A DNA stretch of 64,000 nucleotides from Babesia bigemina (taxonomy: Eukaryota): positions 992,001 to 1,056,000 of the forward strand of contig NC_027218.1 in NCBI RefSeq assembly GCF_000981445.1, read 5' to 3'. The position numbers and the translations under genes were made by a program. This document shows positions 37,182-49,200 of the stretch, in pieces. Each line of letters begins with the position of its first letter. Positions within the stretch are counted from its first letter, which is position 1. The notes under the pieces are model-generated. The model saw only the letters and a program-made list of their open reading frames with translations, had not been told where the DNA came from and made no database searches.

Positions 37182-37894
37182 TGAATCACCTCACCACCGC
37201 TCACCTAACTCACTACCTAGCAACCCACCGCCTAACCTAACACAAGAACACATATCTGACCTAACACTTACTCAGCAATCTGGCAGTCGATGTAGTTCAT
37301 TCATTGATATGTTCGTTGTTTGGGATGTCGAGTTGTGAATTACCCGTTAAACTTGCCTACGACCTCCCATGGTTCTAGTGGGCAGTGAGGCTGGGTGATT
37401 GGCCACCAACGTACGCTGCTGAAGCCTACTGTGATATGCGAGAGTGCGTTGTATGCAATGTGATTGTTTGGCGTGATGGCTATCATGTTTGTTGCTAGGC
37501 AATTTCACCGGGACTGAGGTGATGGTCAGTGGACGGCGTGGCTACGTGGCATTGATGGTAACAGAGTAAATGATAAACGTATTAACCGAGCAACATGGCT
37601 TACATATGCTTTCATTAGTTCACAACTGTGATGACATTTATAAGCGGTATTGGCAACTTCGGTCTATGATGGGTGGAGTTGACTGCTCAACTGGTACCGG
37701 TTCACCTGCATGCCACGGACAGGACACCAGCCACATGCGTTAACTAAGCACAACTTCAATTGTGATATCTGCATAGTTGTGATGTGACTGGCGGTGCGGT
37801 GGATGGCGGTTGTATGGTTCGTTGGGGCCCAGATGGGAGACGGCCAGTGTTCCTGCTCAGGTGAGTGGTTAATGGTCTGTAGGTTGAGGGGGAG
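37182..37894 (+). repeat. Conserved ves 3' flank linking ves to the 18-Cys ORF, copy 1
   Basis: Colinear with 49201-49953 and reverse complement of 53135-54007 (ctcacctaac.cactacctagcaacccaccgccta; gtttgggatgtcgagttgt; ctcccatgg; cctgcatg.ca). Confidence 0.85.
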
Positions 37895-38263
37895 ATGGAG
37901 GAATCGAAGTGTACGTGCAGTCTAAGTCGCGGAAGATGTGACGAAGCAGTATGTATATGCTGTCTCTTGTGTTGTGATGGGTGTAAAACTGGTGTAGAGC
38001 TGTGTTCAGTATGTCCAGATATCGCATCTCTCAGAGATACTAATAACTGTGAACATACGTACTGTAAGATCGTATGTAGATTCAATTGTGAATGCGGATG
38101 TTGTAAAAAGAAACGTATACTCCGTCTCGTCGGTTCCATCATCATCGCCATCATCGCCCTCATCCTTCTCTTCGATCTGCTCATCTTTCACATTTTGCCT
38201 TTCCCCCAAGTCCGCGAATACATCGTCCGAAAATTACCGTTTTGCATCGCATTTTATAATTAA
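37895..38263 (+). CDS. Small 18-Cys protein with C-terminal TM (copy 2, downstream of ves #1)
   Basis: Same 18-Cys spacing, then TM IIIAIIALILLFDLLIFHILPF. Confidence 0.7.
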   Translation: MEESKCTCSLSRGRCDEAVCICCLLCCDGCKTGVELCSVCPDIASLRDTNNCEHTYCKIVCRFNCECGCCKKKRILRLVGSIIIAIIALILLFDLLIFHILPFPQVREYIVRKLPFCIAFYN

Positions 38264-39349
38264 ATCCATCACTTTGTATTATCGCAATTCATTAAATGAT
38301 TCAAACATCAAGGCCATAAATCTTGTCTAATAATGTATTATCAAATGTTTCGTAATACAGCATAGACGTCCAACCAGAGACACTCACGAATTATATCGGC
38401 ACATAGCATTGGATGCACATTGGCAATTCAATGGAATTAAGTTAATTCGCCTGTAACACGTATTACCATGACGTCATAACATGTTTTTGCATCCGATGCC
38501 ACAAAATACGGTAGACCCACGTGCAATCTTCATCGCCATATTATTGTCACTTAACACCTTGATGACGCCACTGATTGCTCACCCAACAAACGTAACCCGC
38601 AACTCACCAGTGAATGCAGTAGACCTACTCGTGGCCTGGGTGTTTTTATATTGGCGCTAATTAATATTTCGTTAGTAGATTTCGTAGCTATGGCTATACT
38701 GAACAAAAATCCTCTTCTATAATATTAAATTACCCAAAGCCTGTAACTCCATGAATCTGATGGCTTCAACCAGTGTAAAATATCTTTGTATCGGTATCAT
38801 CCAGCGGCAATATACTGGCATCGTTCACGAAGAAAAGCTGGCAACTGCAGACGTTGTGGGTGGCATCACAACATCATAAATTCTACACGTAGTAGTTCTA
38901 GACCCTAGGCTGCAGATTGTGCACATTTTTGCACGTTGGACGTTTGCTTGTTGACTAAATCCACGGAAGATTACTTTCATGTATTGCCGCGGTTTGCGTT
39001 TATTTCACTAGTTGGACGATACATTAGATGGGGCGATAACACAGATTGCATCTGCATAGCTTTAAGATTGGAAGTAGCGACGGTGGTTGCCTCCATGAGA
39101 AGCAACGCTACAATATAACACATTTGTGACTTTTCGTCATTTGGTTGTATATCAAGGCGTTGTTAGGTCTGTCATTTAATAACTAAGTAGCATTTCAGGA
39201 GATTGCCAATATGTATCGCAGTTCAGCTCCCAAAGTAAAGTGTGACGTAATTTAGGGGCGATCACGTAACCGTTTCATGAAATGACTCGATCGGAACGCA
39301 TGATCGATGTAGTGGCAGTTACTGAAACTATTTTGGTCTTCTTTGCTTC

Positions 39350-40557
39350 TCATAACTGAAGTGGATCGCATATGTTCAGCATCTGCCCAATATAAGTGAT
39401 TATGAGTGAACGCATACGTCAACATACGTGTGTTATATGTTCCTTGTCACGCAGAACTTCGCGCTTCAATGTAAGAAGTGCAGGTGTGGTTTCGCTACGT
39501 GAATCAATAGCCGCAACGGAGCACGCGGCTAGGTCGCCAAGACCTACAGCGCTTGTAATTCAAATGTACCAACCTACACCCATGAATACAGGAATCTAGA
39601 TGCAAGCATCCGTTATGCTTCCTATCTAACATTGTGTACGTCGCCACCAAATACTGCGATAGGCTCTCGTTCCACGGCGACGCCAGCATCCGCCGTAGGT
39701 CAGATACATAGGCCTGTACATGTGTCGTGTCCTCCAACATATGCCCATAATTGTTGAGTAGAAACGATTTGTACACCCATGCGGTGTTGTTGTATACATC
39801 ACTGTCTAGCAGGAATGCCACGAACTCGAGCTCTTTGTGTAGCTTATCCCGATCCATATCAAAATGAGTCATCAACCATGTTCTGCAAATAAGTTATGTT
39901 AGGATCAAAACGATTTACATGTGAGACCACGCACAGTGATTCTTGGGCGACGATGCTATCTCTAGTTTGACATACTCAGGCTCGTTGTAAGGGTCATCAT
40001 GCAGCTCGCACAGGCGCCTCCGGTATTGCCACGCCTGCATTCTTTAAATCGGTAATGATCAAACTTACCTGGTATGATTTGGGCGACTCGTACGCAATCT
40101 TCCGAGCAAAATCTGCTTCTTATAAGTTTCCAGGTTGAATCCATACCCATTTCGTCAGCCAGCGACAACTGCAGCGTTTCTGCGCATTCCATGCGATACG
40201 CCCACGCAGTATAGTTTGCAGGGTTGTGCTTTATAGCAATAGATGCTACATATATTCCTCGAGAACTATGTTCGCCACGTTCCATGAGATGCGATAGGTA
40301 GAGCGAAAGCTGGCGATCTGCAACTGTATGGCAGAATCACTAATAGAAATACCTGTGCGGTCAGACTTAATCTCGAATAATTCGTCATCTGCTGTGGCAC
40401 CCTGCTCGAGCTCGCTTTCGATATCTTCCCAACAATTGGCATCATGCAGAAGCTCGTAGTCTGGAATAAATCGATCGCACGGGTAACCTAGATTCTCCGA
40501 CAGAACGGCGTGTACTACACCTTCGTTCTCGAGAATCTGCGGTATATTATCATCCAT
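39350..40557 (-). CDS. FNTA: Protein farnesyl/geranylgeranyltransferase alpha subunit (PPTA repeats), multi-exon
   Basis: Repeats NPANYTAWAYR, PKSYQ|AWQYRR, PKNHCAWSH, DVYNNTAWVYK and PWNESLSQY across exons. The 3' end is approximate. Confidence 0.8.
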
Positions 40558-41046
40558 AGCCAGTAATTAATGCTGTTGCCGATGTCTAAGGGACCTTCTG
40601 CCGAAATGTGTGGACATGTACTGCCGCATAGGTGGCCTACCACCATCTTTGGATAGGGATTGCTATTTAACCGGATGTAAGCAGAAATACTGCAACAGTT
40701 GTCAATAATAACGACACGCTTTTCTCGTTGCGATTGTGTGTATCTTTAAAAGCGAGTATTACGCTGTCGCGTCTACCGTGAGGTTGAAAGCCAACTTCAT
40801 GTAACCTAATGACACGATGTCCTTGAAAGTACGCTTATAAAACAAAACGGTATATATTACTATAACGTTTCACGTGCTAAGAGATCTCGGTTCCCGGTGT
40901 CTTCCCAATGGCTTGCTCTAGAACGCTTCTCAGACACTTGAAAAGGGTCAATACATATATGTATAGAGAAAACGCCCACTCATGGTGGTGTGTAATGTAT
41001 TATGTGCTGTTGCGATGTTAAAACTTGGTCATTTCAACGCGGTACT

Positions 41047-41743
41047 CTACTTCTTGCGGGGTGCTGAGCTTGCGATTGTGCCCGAGGCGAGGTCAAGGTC
41101 ATATCGCCGTATCTCTGCATAAAGTTAGTCATACAAAGTGCGAAAAATATCACATACCGGCTTCTTCACGTTTTTCGGCCTCCTCTTTGTAATACTGCTC
41201 CAACGCGTATGCAGCGTTCTCGTTGTAGACGCTGTTTGCTTCGCGGAACCAATCGGTGTGTAGGTCGTGTACCTTCAGAGCTTCATTTGAGAAACCAGAG
41301 TCCAGAGTTAATAACCTTTTGCGCAATTCCATGGCTGCAAACGATGATTGGGTACGGCGCAGAGCTCACCCTGCTGGAATTCAGGGTCTTCTGCGTGTTC
41401 CTTGGGAACTTTATGGAGCTCAGATGCACAGAATACGTGAGTTCCGCAGTGAAAACAAGAGCCTTCGCCTTCATTGACACAGAGGATTCGCCCACATCCC
41501 ATACAGTTGCTGAAACACTTGTGTAAGCTCCCCGCGCAACCGCACGCCTTCCGCTCTGGAATCTTATACACATCTAACCAACAGGTACTTACCTTTAGTT
41601 ACACCAGGTTTATCAGCTGCCTTTTGTTTTGAACCTTCGGCCTTGACTTCCTTTTTCGACGGTTTGCGAGCGACGCTGTAAAAGCCGTCGTCGGTCAGCT
41701 CCTTCTTGCGATATACTACTAGACCTTTTGGTGTGGCTTCCAT
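41047..41743 (-). CDS. C2HC5 zinc-finger protein (ASC-1/TRIP4/Rqt4-like), multi-exon
   Basis: CGCAGSLHKCFSNCMGCGRILCVNEGEGSCFHCG (C2HC5 pattern), followed by AMELRKRLL..D..KVHDLHTDWF. Confidence 0.8.
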
Positions 41744-42759
41744 GACAACTTAATGAGCGTTGTATGATTCACGTGCAATTTGTGTAGGTGTGTGAACCGC
41801 ACCTTAGACAAGCACGCGAAGGAGCGCCCTTTGAACACAACACACATGAAGGCAAAGTATGTACGATGCAATGCACACATAATGATGAATTAAAAACACA
41901 AGATCATGATAGAATATTTTGCTACTTATGACGGTGTGCAATTCGGTAGACACTACGGATACTTGCGTGAATGAGAAAGGCAGGATTTGGCTATGTTCGA
42001 CTCCCCTGTAGAAGATCAAACATGTAATCTCGAACGTACCTTCTATAGTTGTTTATTAAGTCGAAAGTGCGAGATTGCTTATGGTAAAGTACCATACGGC
42101 AATAAACGGTATCACCTACAATCAGTCATGACACGTATAAAAACAATGATTATGTTAATACGGACATAATCAAGAATCCTATATGGTGACTATGTATAAA
42201 TATACATTGTTTTCATTTGATTGGGCTGTTACTTGGTGCCCATTCTTTCTCGGACCGCCTCGCACGTATCTCAACATTGTTGTTGTCTAGTAAAAGACGT
42301 CGGACATAAGCGCGGAGTAGAATTTTAGATATATTGTCCGTAATCTGGTTAATGATTTGATTCCCGATAACGCCGTTTCACTATGGCAGTATTTCTTACG
42401 TTAACACCCCGTTTCTAGGTACCTGCCAAGGCACCTTATCCCCTCATATGAGCATAATATATAAAACTCGAGCTCATTATTAGTTTGATATTATCATGCC
42501 ATGTTGTCATATATATAAGCTCCATGCTAGTGTTTTAGAGAATGGCTGTTTCATACTATGGACGTCTATGTAATAGCATCGGACTATAGGGGTCCCATTG
42601 CTTTTTAGTTGTCCGGAGGATATTCACGCATCTAGTTTGGGAAAAATATAAATAACAATAGCATCAATGACATGTTTAGACATGATAAATGATTATTATA
42701 TTACGTTATCAACGATGTCGTTCCAGTGGGTACATGAACACCATTATTATTATGTTCAT

Positions 42760-43210
42760 TTTATAGTGTGCTGTGTGGCTACGTGCCTAGGGCCGGTTTT
42801 CGATTGTGCGTTGCTACCACCTCACGCTGAAATCGGTTGCGGGATCCACGTCGTACTGTTGGTGATCGTCACTGGTGCCATTAATGCGGGCATCCATCCA
42901 GTTTGGGCCTGAGGGTCTTCTACAGAGTGGTAGTATTTTCTGAATCACAAGTCGTTAATTAGTTGGGCCATCGCCTCTAGAATATCATGACGTATCTCTT
43001 CCCCATTTGGGCTCCCTTACTACGTCTTCACACCTCCTCTTGTATGTCTAAGTATCGACATGGAGGCATTGGTTGGTAGCCCCGGCTTCCACTATGGTCG
43101 TCGCATTCTGCTTCCTATTCGGAGGGAAGCCAAATTAATAATGCTCCTCTAGGCCCTCCGTGTTGAGCGTCTCGTCCTCGGCAATCCATTGTTACCGTCA
43201 TCATTCACCT
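42760..43210 (-). mobile_element. Decayed retroelement 3' relic upstream of ves #2
   Basis: Reverse complement of 42760-42935 aligns closely with element 28140-28308. Further in, it translates to WIAEDETLNTEGLEEH and NRKQNATTIVEAGATNQCLHVDT*TYKRRCEDVVREPK, homologous to the endonuclease region. Confidence 0.85.
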
Positions 43211-43504
43211 ACTCCTCACTACCGTTCTGCCAGTATAGTCTTTTGCAGTTCGTTTTACTTTCACTGCTCTTTGATGTGACACTCCGAATACATCATATTG
43301 GTGTCGCATTCGCATATATCACGCACCGAAGACTCCGTTCCTTTTAACGGCAGCAATAGGAGTCATTGTACCAGGAGTTCTTTCACATCGTTTTTACAAC
43401 ATGCTGCTATTCAGATGACTGCACTCGATCATTCTATTTCAAGTTATGTGAACATATCCTCTCTTGTACTGCTGCAGTATAGTAGTAATGGGGCTGACCA
43501 GTAG

Positions 43505-43881
43505 TTGAGGAGAAGCAGCAAACAAATCGATGCGAATATTAACTAGCACCTTGCATGACATCTGACTGTTACTATTGACGGTTGAACATTGGGGTGTGTT
43601 TGGGAGGTTTCAGGGCGCCTACGAAGTGAGCTAGAATTTCGAGCTATCTGGGTACTGGCGGTTAGGGTGAGGTGAGCAAGGCGGATGCCAGTTTTTCATG
43701 AATATCAAATACGCCATCAATCGGGTATATGAGCAAGTAATGTAGTTTGGAGCACTGAGAGAAGAGTTTGCCAGTCTTCCAGTGCTAATCGCATTTTCAG
43801 AGCGTGGTACAGGATCTGCAGCTTCAATTTGTTGGTGGGCATATTGAGGTTGCGCATACATTAAACGTTCGCTTGTGAGCA
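43505..43881 (+). promoter_or_regulatory. Conserved ves 5' flank, copy 2
   Basis: Colinear with 29940-30317. Confidence 0.5.
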
Positions 43882-46800
43882 ATGGCGCCCAAGAAGCTGA
43901 CGGATTGCCCGGAAAATCTCAGGGAGGCCATCGACTGGCTCATACAGGTGAGGCATGGGAGTGGTAGCAGTGATGGTCTTGGCAATTTGTCCAAAGCTTT
44001 AAAAAAGTTGATTGACGAGGCTATAGCTACTGCTTTTACCAGCAATGTAGACCCACTCCTGAAGCTTATTAATCCTTCTTGCGGAAAGTCAGACAATTGT
44101 ACGTCTACATTTGAGGAAATTCAGAAGCTTAAGAAACAAGTTAATGAATCTGGAAACGTTGAAGCTGATCGATTTAGAACACTGTTACGGCTAATTGAAG
44201 AACATAAGATAGAATATGAAAAGTATCATTATGCTGAGTCATCTAGGGAGAAGGCTTTAGAAGGTGTGAAATGCAAGCTGTCGGAGATTGATAAACTTAG
44301 GGAAAATCTTGAAACATTCAATAAAAATCCCAATGATATATTAACTAACCTCTGCACTGGCCTCGAGACTTTCCTCGGCTTCAACCCTGACTCCAAAGGC
44401 TACACTGGCACTGGGATTGTTTACTCTGACCTGGATAGGCTGTGTGACGCGGTGATGGCGTTTTTGCACGGGGTGTTTGACACTATTAAAAGCGAGGACG
44501 CTGTGGATAATTACAACAAATATCTGCCCGATTATAACAAAATAAACAAAGTTATTCAAACGCTAGAGAAACAAATTGGCCAAGGTCGTAATGGGATTCC
44601 GAACTCAGTCGGCCAGGTGAAAGCGTGGTTGGAGGGATATGAAAGTGTTGTTAAAACTAATACACAAGCGGTGAAAGATGAATTACGTAGGCTAATTGAT
44701 GACTTAGAGGGTAATCATAAAATGACCATTAATGAGAATTCATCCCTTGAGGCACAGCTGTCGGATTGGAAGTCGGTGCTTCACAAAATTGAGGTACATG
44801 TCACTCAGACACAAACTAAGCACATTAGCCGATTAGACCGTAGATTGGAAGAAGCAATTGCGAATGAGATAAAGCCAATAAAAGATGTCGTCCAGCAATT
44901 GAAAAGTGTGACGTATAATGCGTTCGAGACTCAAGTGAAGGCAGTAGATACAAAATTTGAGACGTTGCCTGTAGAACTCAATAATCAAATCGAAAAAGAA
45001 GCAAAACGTTTTAAGGATATCTTGGATGGAAATTTTAATGAAATAGGTGGAAAAGTTGAAAGCTTTAGAACCGGACAATTGCAAAACCTTATGAAATCTA
45101 AGGATGCGCTTAGCGCCGCTCTGCATAAGATTAATGGGGAAGAGATCGGTGATAAAAAGTCTGGGGTCCACAAAAAGATTCTTGCGTTATTAGAGAAATT
45201 GAGAGTAGATATAAGTAACGTCCACAAGACGTTGGAAGAGAAGAAAAAGGAACTTGATCAATTAGTAATTACTGCGCAGATGCAATTTGCAACCATATCC
45301 AGAGGGGTTAAAGAAGGCTCTGGCTATACAATGCAGGCGGATTTAAGTATAGAAAAACATTGGAAGGATCTCTACACTATGATTGAGACTATTGTTGGAG
45401 ATGTGACCAACGCAGGCAAAAAAAATCCTGCTTCCCTTCAGGATATTGTGGAAGCAGTGCAAAAATATGCTGAAACTTATGGTCAGGATTTTGGAGGTAC
45501 AGTGAAAAAGTGGGTGCCACAAATGGTCGGGTTGGAACCGATGAAAGGCTTTCTTAATAAGTATGTCGTGGAAAATGATGGAGCCTCTCTATTCTCGGGT
45601 AGTTTAAAAGGTCAGGTGCATCTTCTCAATGAGGAATTGGCTAGAGTGGTTCAGGGGAAAATCATAATTGATCTTGATAATATCACTGTTGGTACACAAC
45701 CCGGAAGCAAGACAGGCGTGGATGGAAAATTGTCGGAAATTGTACAGTATCTTAGAAGCTACGCTAAGGAAGTAGTAGGTAAGCACACTAAAATCGTCTC
45801 CGATATTGAAGTCGCTCTAACAGGAAATGATAAGTTTACTTTGCAACCTTCCCCACACAAATCGTATCTCGAATCTGCCGTAAAAGCCACCCTTGCCGCA
45901 GTGAAATATGCAGCCGAAGGTGCTGCAGAAGAAATTGAGACATTTATACAAAAATCCAACATAGTCAACCTGACGCAGTCTATATCCAAAGTAAAATTAA
46001 TCGGTACCAATATTAATCCCAGTTCTGGTGTTGGATTTCCCGGCGGTACGATTGACGTGGCATTAACTACCGTGAAGGGCGCAATCGATCAGCTCAATCC
46101 AATACTGCAGAGGGCACGCGGCACGCTGAAAATCGGTGTCGATAAGCTTCAGTCAGAAGTTCTTGCAGAGCTTGAGAATTTTAAGAAGGAAGGTGTCACT
46201 GGTCGCATTTCTAGTAAACTAAAGGTGGTAACGGAAACCTTAGAAGATCTTAAAGCGAAAATAGACAGAGAGATTAATGTAGTCGTTCAACAGATAACTG
46301 ATATCGAAGAAGACGTGGAGACGTGGATAAATCAAACCAAAGAAATGATTAAAAGTGCCCGTCAGACCGCAAAGTCGGAGGTCAGCAATTTCAACGCCAA
46401 AAAGCAAATGTTTATTAGAGATGCATTCGAACAGGCAAAATCCACTGTCATGTCCATGCTTGCGAAGCGGCATCAGGCCTACTCGGATTCGCTAAAGAAA
46501 TTAGTCGTGAAGCAGAAATATAGAATTGAAGGGTTTATTCAAAATGACAGAACCCACGGTTTGAAGGGGTTCTTGAGAGTCTTGTATGGTGGCGATTATC
46601 TAAGTTCTAATTGTAAAGGATCATCAGATAATTTGCTTTGTAAGCTAACAGAAGAAATTGCCCAAAAAAGTGCAACAATAAGCAACGCATCGCCAAAGGT
46701 AAATCAATATTTTAATGCACTGTTGATGTATGTTTATGAGGATATCAAAAACCTGTTCACAACTCCACCTCAATACCCGTACTCATCCCAGATTATGAAG

Positions 46801-49200
46801 GTCCGCAACAAACTTGAGATAGTGCTTGAACGCATGGAAAAACATAGTTATGATTTCAGATTTGTAGAATTGCTGGTTCAGTTGAACGAATCCCTTGCCG
46901 AGTTAAATCCTAAGAATTTCGGCGAGGTGTCCTATCCTGCTTTGGATGTCGTCAAAGCCGGTTTGAACAAATTCACAGAGGAGTTGGATAATGTATATGT
47001 GAATAAATACTCCGGAGCAGGTGATATTACTTGGGAAGAGACCAGCGGACGCGGAAAGAAAACTAATCTAACAGTTGATGGAAGAAATTGCTCTAAGGTC
47101 TGCTTGACGCTTATTTCCATCTTGAACGTTAGTCTAGGCAGATTGAAACTAAAATGTAATAGAGGTTGGAAACATTTCCAAATTCATCAAGACACCGTCG
47201 CCACTGTTGACACGAATAGTGGTAAACCATTGCAAATGAACAACCCTCTGGGTCCCTTCTTTATGAGGTGCGGCTACAATGTGTCAGTTTTTGCCGGCAA
47301 GCAAAAGGGTGAATTACGAAATGAGAAAGAATGTAACGGCATGGGAGTTCATGGTATTCTCGTTGGTACCGATTATAAACATGTTTACAACACCGATGAA
47401 GACTTTGAATATCCACTGCAAAAACTCTACGACTGCCTCCAGGACTACTACACTGTCGGTCACTATGCCTCCTCATTCGCCAAAAAGCAGCCGTGTTCCG
47501 TGTACGAAATGCTTGGCTGGATGTGCGGATTGAAGTATAACCCTGTTCAATCGAATCTACTACACAGCATTAGCGACATGCTAGAGGAGCCAGCAACGCC
47601 AGTAGGTGGCGACGGTGACCTTGTCACCTTTGACTTGCAATCCTTCTACATTAACACGTATCCTAATAAAGCAACGTATAAGCAGTTAGACGAGGTTATT
47701 AATCACATTATGTCAAAATCTGCCTCCATCCTCACCACCGTGCTTGGCTATGGCGACGAGCACACCACGTACGCCTGTGACTTCTATGACAACTCTTTGA
47801 AATTGTACTACCCCAAGAGTGGCGAGGAGTGCTTGGATATGTTGCTCGACATTTTGCGACGGATGTTGCCGCCGCTCAGATTTCTGTTTATGCAGTGCCG
47901 ACTTGACCAATCGCATTACGGTTGGGCCGACTGCTACTACGGTGAAGACGTCTATCCGTTGAATTGGCAGTGCAAGGACCACGAGGATGAGAAGGCCAAT
48001 TGCCGTCCCAGGTCAGCGCTTCAGTCGTACCTATCCGACAGTCTCGTCGGCTGTATGCCTCACCAGCTCAGTGCCATCGGCTGCAAAGCGACGTGTTCGA
48101 CGTGCCCCAAGGGACTACCCGGGATGCCATGTCTAACGCCACTTGGATTCAGAGGTTTCTCTGGAAGCAAGCGCAGAGGTGCGGACCTAAGCAACGTGCT
48201 GGGCAACCTGTTCGGTAACCCACTACTTGCGTCGCTGTTTGCCCTTGCACCCAAAGCGCCTAGTACGTTGCCGGAACACTTCCAGTTTGCCTTGTCGCTT
48301 GTTTATGACTGGCAAAAGAATTGTAGTCATCCAATTGAAAATGGCATTAAAGCCGCTATCACGGACCGTTCCATTGCGCTTTACGAGCAAACCAGTGACC
48401 TAACTAACGCGCTGAGTAATGCATATGGCAGCAGCCAGGGTGGTAACCACGCCGCTAAGCATACTACTAGACCTGTTGACGGCGGTGAAAATGAGGTCAA
48501 AAAAGGTGACCTCTGCAGTCTCGCAATGTCTACCGCCTGCCGCGATCAGCTCTGTGCCCCGTACCTGTATGCCTTATGCACCGACCAATACACTTACCTC
48601 GCCAAAAAGCAATGTAAAACATACTTATCGTGGGCAGTATATCTGCCATGGACGCTGTGGAATTATCTCAATTCCTTGTACAACGCGTTCAAGGATATCT
48701 ATTGCCAAGATTGGGGCTGTCGTACCTGTCTGCGTGCCGACACGTGTAGGCGTGGCCAGCATGGTCTCGCCAACGACAAAACAAAGGTTGGTAATTGCCA
48801 CTGCTCCAGTATTGTAGAGTGCAAGGGTGCCATGCCTACGTTGTATAAGTACGGTTTTACGTTTGGTGCTCCAGCAGCGTTGAACGGGCAAGGCGGCAGG
48901 AAGACGTGTACCAATTTCATGGACCAGTTGAACAACGTGCTGCAGTCCAAGTATTTCCAGACGTTGTTCGACAGATGTGATGACATCTTATGGCAGATCA
49001 GACAACCATTCACATGGACAGTTATCGCCCTCTGGCTCCTCTCACTTCTGTACCTCCTCCACATCATGGTCATCCGCCTCGACCTGCTCCACATCAAATC
49101 TCACTTGCACTCACCCTCATCACATCGTATAGCCGCCCAGTCACTACTCGCCGCCGCACGTGTTAAAGCACTCAACAAAGTGCTGTACCTGCAACCTTGA
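43882..49200 (+). CDS. ves: VESA-family protein #2, 1772 aa, single ORF
   Basis: MAPKKLTDCPENLREAIDWL, GYTGTGIVYSDLDRLCD, Cys-rich C-terminal region, same TM and RLDLLHIKSHLHSPSSHRIAAQ tail. The central region differs from #1 and #3. Confidence 0.85.
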   Translation: MAPKKLTDCPENLREAIDWLIQVRHGSGSSDGLGNLSKALKKLIDEAIATAFTSNVDPLLKLINPSCGKSDNCTSTFEEIQKLKKQVNESGNVEADRFRTLLRLIEEHKIEYEKYHYAESSREKALEGVKCKLSEIDKLRENLETFNKNPNDILTNLCTGLETFLGFNPDSKGYTGTGIVYSDLDRLCDAVMAFLHGVFDTIKSEDAVDNYNKYLPDYNKINKVIQTLEKQIGQGRNGIPNSVGQVKAWLEGYESVVKTNTQAVKDELRRLIDDLEGNHKMTINENSSLEAQLSDWKSVLHKIEVHVTQTQTKHISRLDRRLEEAIANEIKPIKDVVQQLKSVTYNAFETQVKAVDTKFETLPVELNNQIEKEAKRFKDILDGNFNEIGGKVESFRTGQLQNLMKSKDALSAALHKINGEEIGDKKSGVHKKILALLEKLRVDISNVHKTLEEKKKELDQLVITAQMQFATISRGVKEGSGYTMQADLSIEKHWKDLYTMIETIVGDVTNAGKKNPASLQDIVEAVQKYAETYGQDFGGTVKKWVPQMVGLEPMKGFLNKYVVENDGASLFSGSLKGQVHLLNEELARVVQGKIIIDLDNITVGTQPGSKTGVDGKLSEIVQYLRSYAKEVVGKHTKIVSDIEVALTGNDKFTLQPSPHKSYLESAVKATLAAVKYAAEGAAEEIETFIQKSNIVNLTQSISKVKLIGTNINPSSGVGFPGGTIDVALTTVKGAIDQLNPILQRARGTLKIGVDKLQSEVLAELENFKKEGVTGRISSKLKVVTETLEDLKAKIDREINVVVQQITDIEEDVETWINQTKEMIKSARQTAKSEVSNFNAKKQMFIRDAFEQAKSTVMSMLAKRHQAYSDSLKKLVVKQKYRIEGFIQNDRTHGLKGFLRVLYGGDYLSSNCKGSSDNLLCKLTEEIAQKSATISNASPKVNQYFNALLMYVYEDIKNLFTTPPQYPYSSQIMKVRNKLEIVLERMEKHSYDFRFVELLVQLNESLAELNPKNFGEVSYPALDVVKAGLNKFTEELDNVYVNKYSGAGDITWEETSGRGKKTNLTVDGRNCSKVCLTLISILNVSLGRLKLKCNRGWKHFQIHQDTVATVDTNSGKPLQMNNPLGPFFMRCGYNVSVFAGKQKGELRNEKECNGMGVHGILVGTDYKHVYNTDEDFEYPLQKLYDCLQDYYTVGHYASSFAKKQPCSVYEMLGWMCGLKYNPVQSNLLHSISDMLEEPATPVGGDGDLVTFDLQSFYINTYPNKATYKQLDEVINHIMSKSASILTTVLGYGDEHTTYACDFYDNSLKLYYPKSGEECLDMLLDILRRMLPPLRFLFMQCRLDQSHYGWADCYYGEDVYPLNWQCKDHEDEKANCRPRSALQSYLSDSLVGCMPHQLSAIGCKATCSTCPKGLPGMPCLTPLGFRGFSGSKRRGADLSNVLGNLFGNPLLASLFALAPKAPSTLPEHFQFALSLVYDWQKNCSHPIENGIKAAITDRSIALYEQTSDLTNALSNAYGSSQGGNHAAKHTTRPVDGGENEVKKGDLCSLAMSTACRDQLCAPYLYALCTDQYTYLAKKQCKTYLSWAVYLPWTLWNYLNSLYNAFKDIYCQDWGCRTCLRADTCRRGQHGLANDKTKVGNCHCSSIVECKGAMPTLYKYGFTFGAPAALNGQGGRKTCTNFMDQLNNVLQSKYFQTLFDRCDDILWQIRQPFTWTVIALWLLSLLYLLHIMVIRLDLLHIKSHLHSPSSHRIAAQSLLAAARVKALNKVLYLQP

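Noticed and set aside
37190..37270. CCTAAC/CCTAGC motifs after each ves stop resembling telomeric repeats
   Set aside because: Only a few irregularly spaced copies, not a tandem array.
37895..38263. 18-Cys ORFs as SmORFs
   Set aside because: B. bovis SmORFs are described with an N-terminal signal peptide. These ORFs lack one and have a C-terminal TM and a Cys scaffold.
42735..42760. Short (TAA)n run at the 3' end of relic 2 as an element tail or target microsatellite
   Set aside because: Only about three units, and not clearly present at the other three 3' ends.
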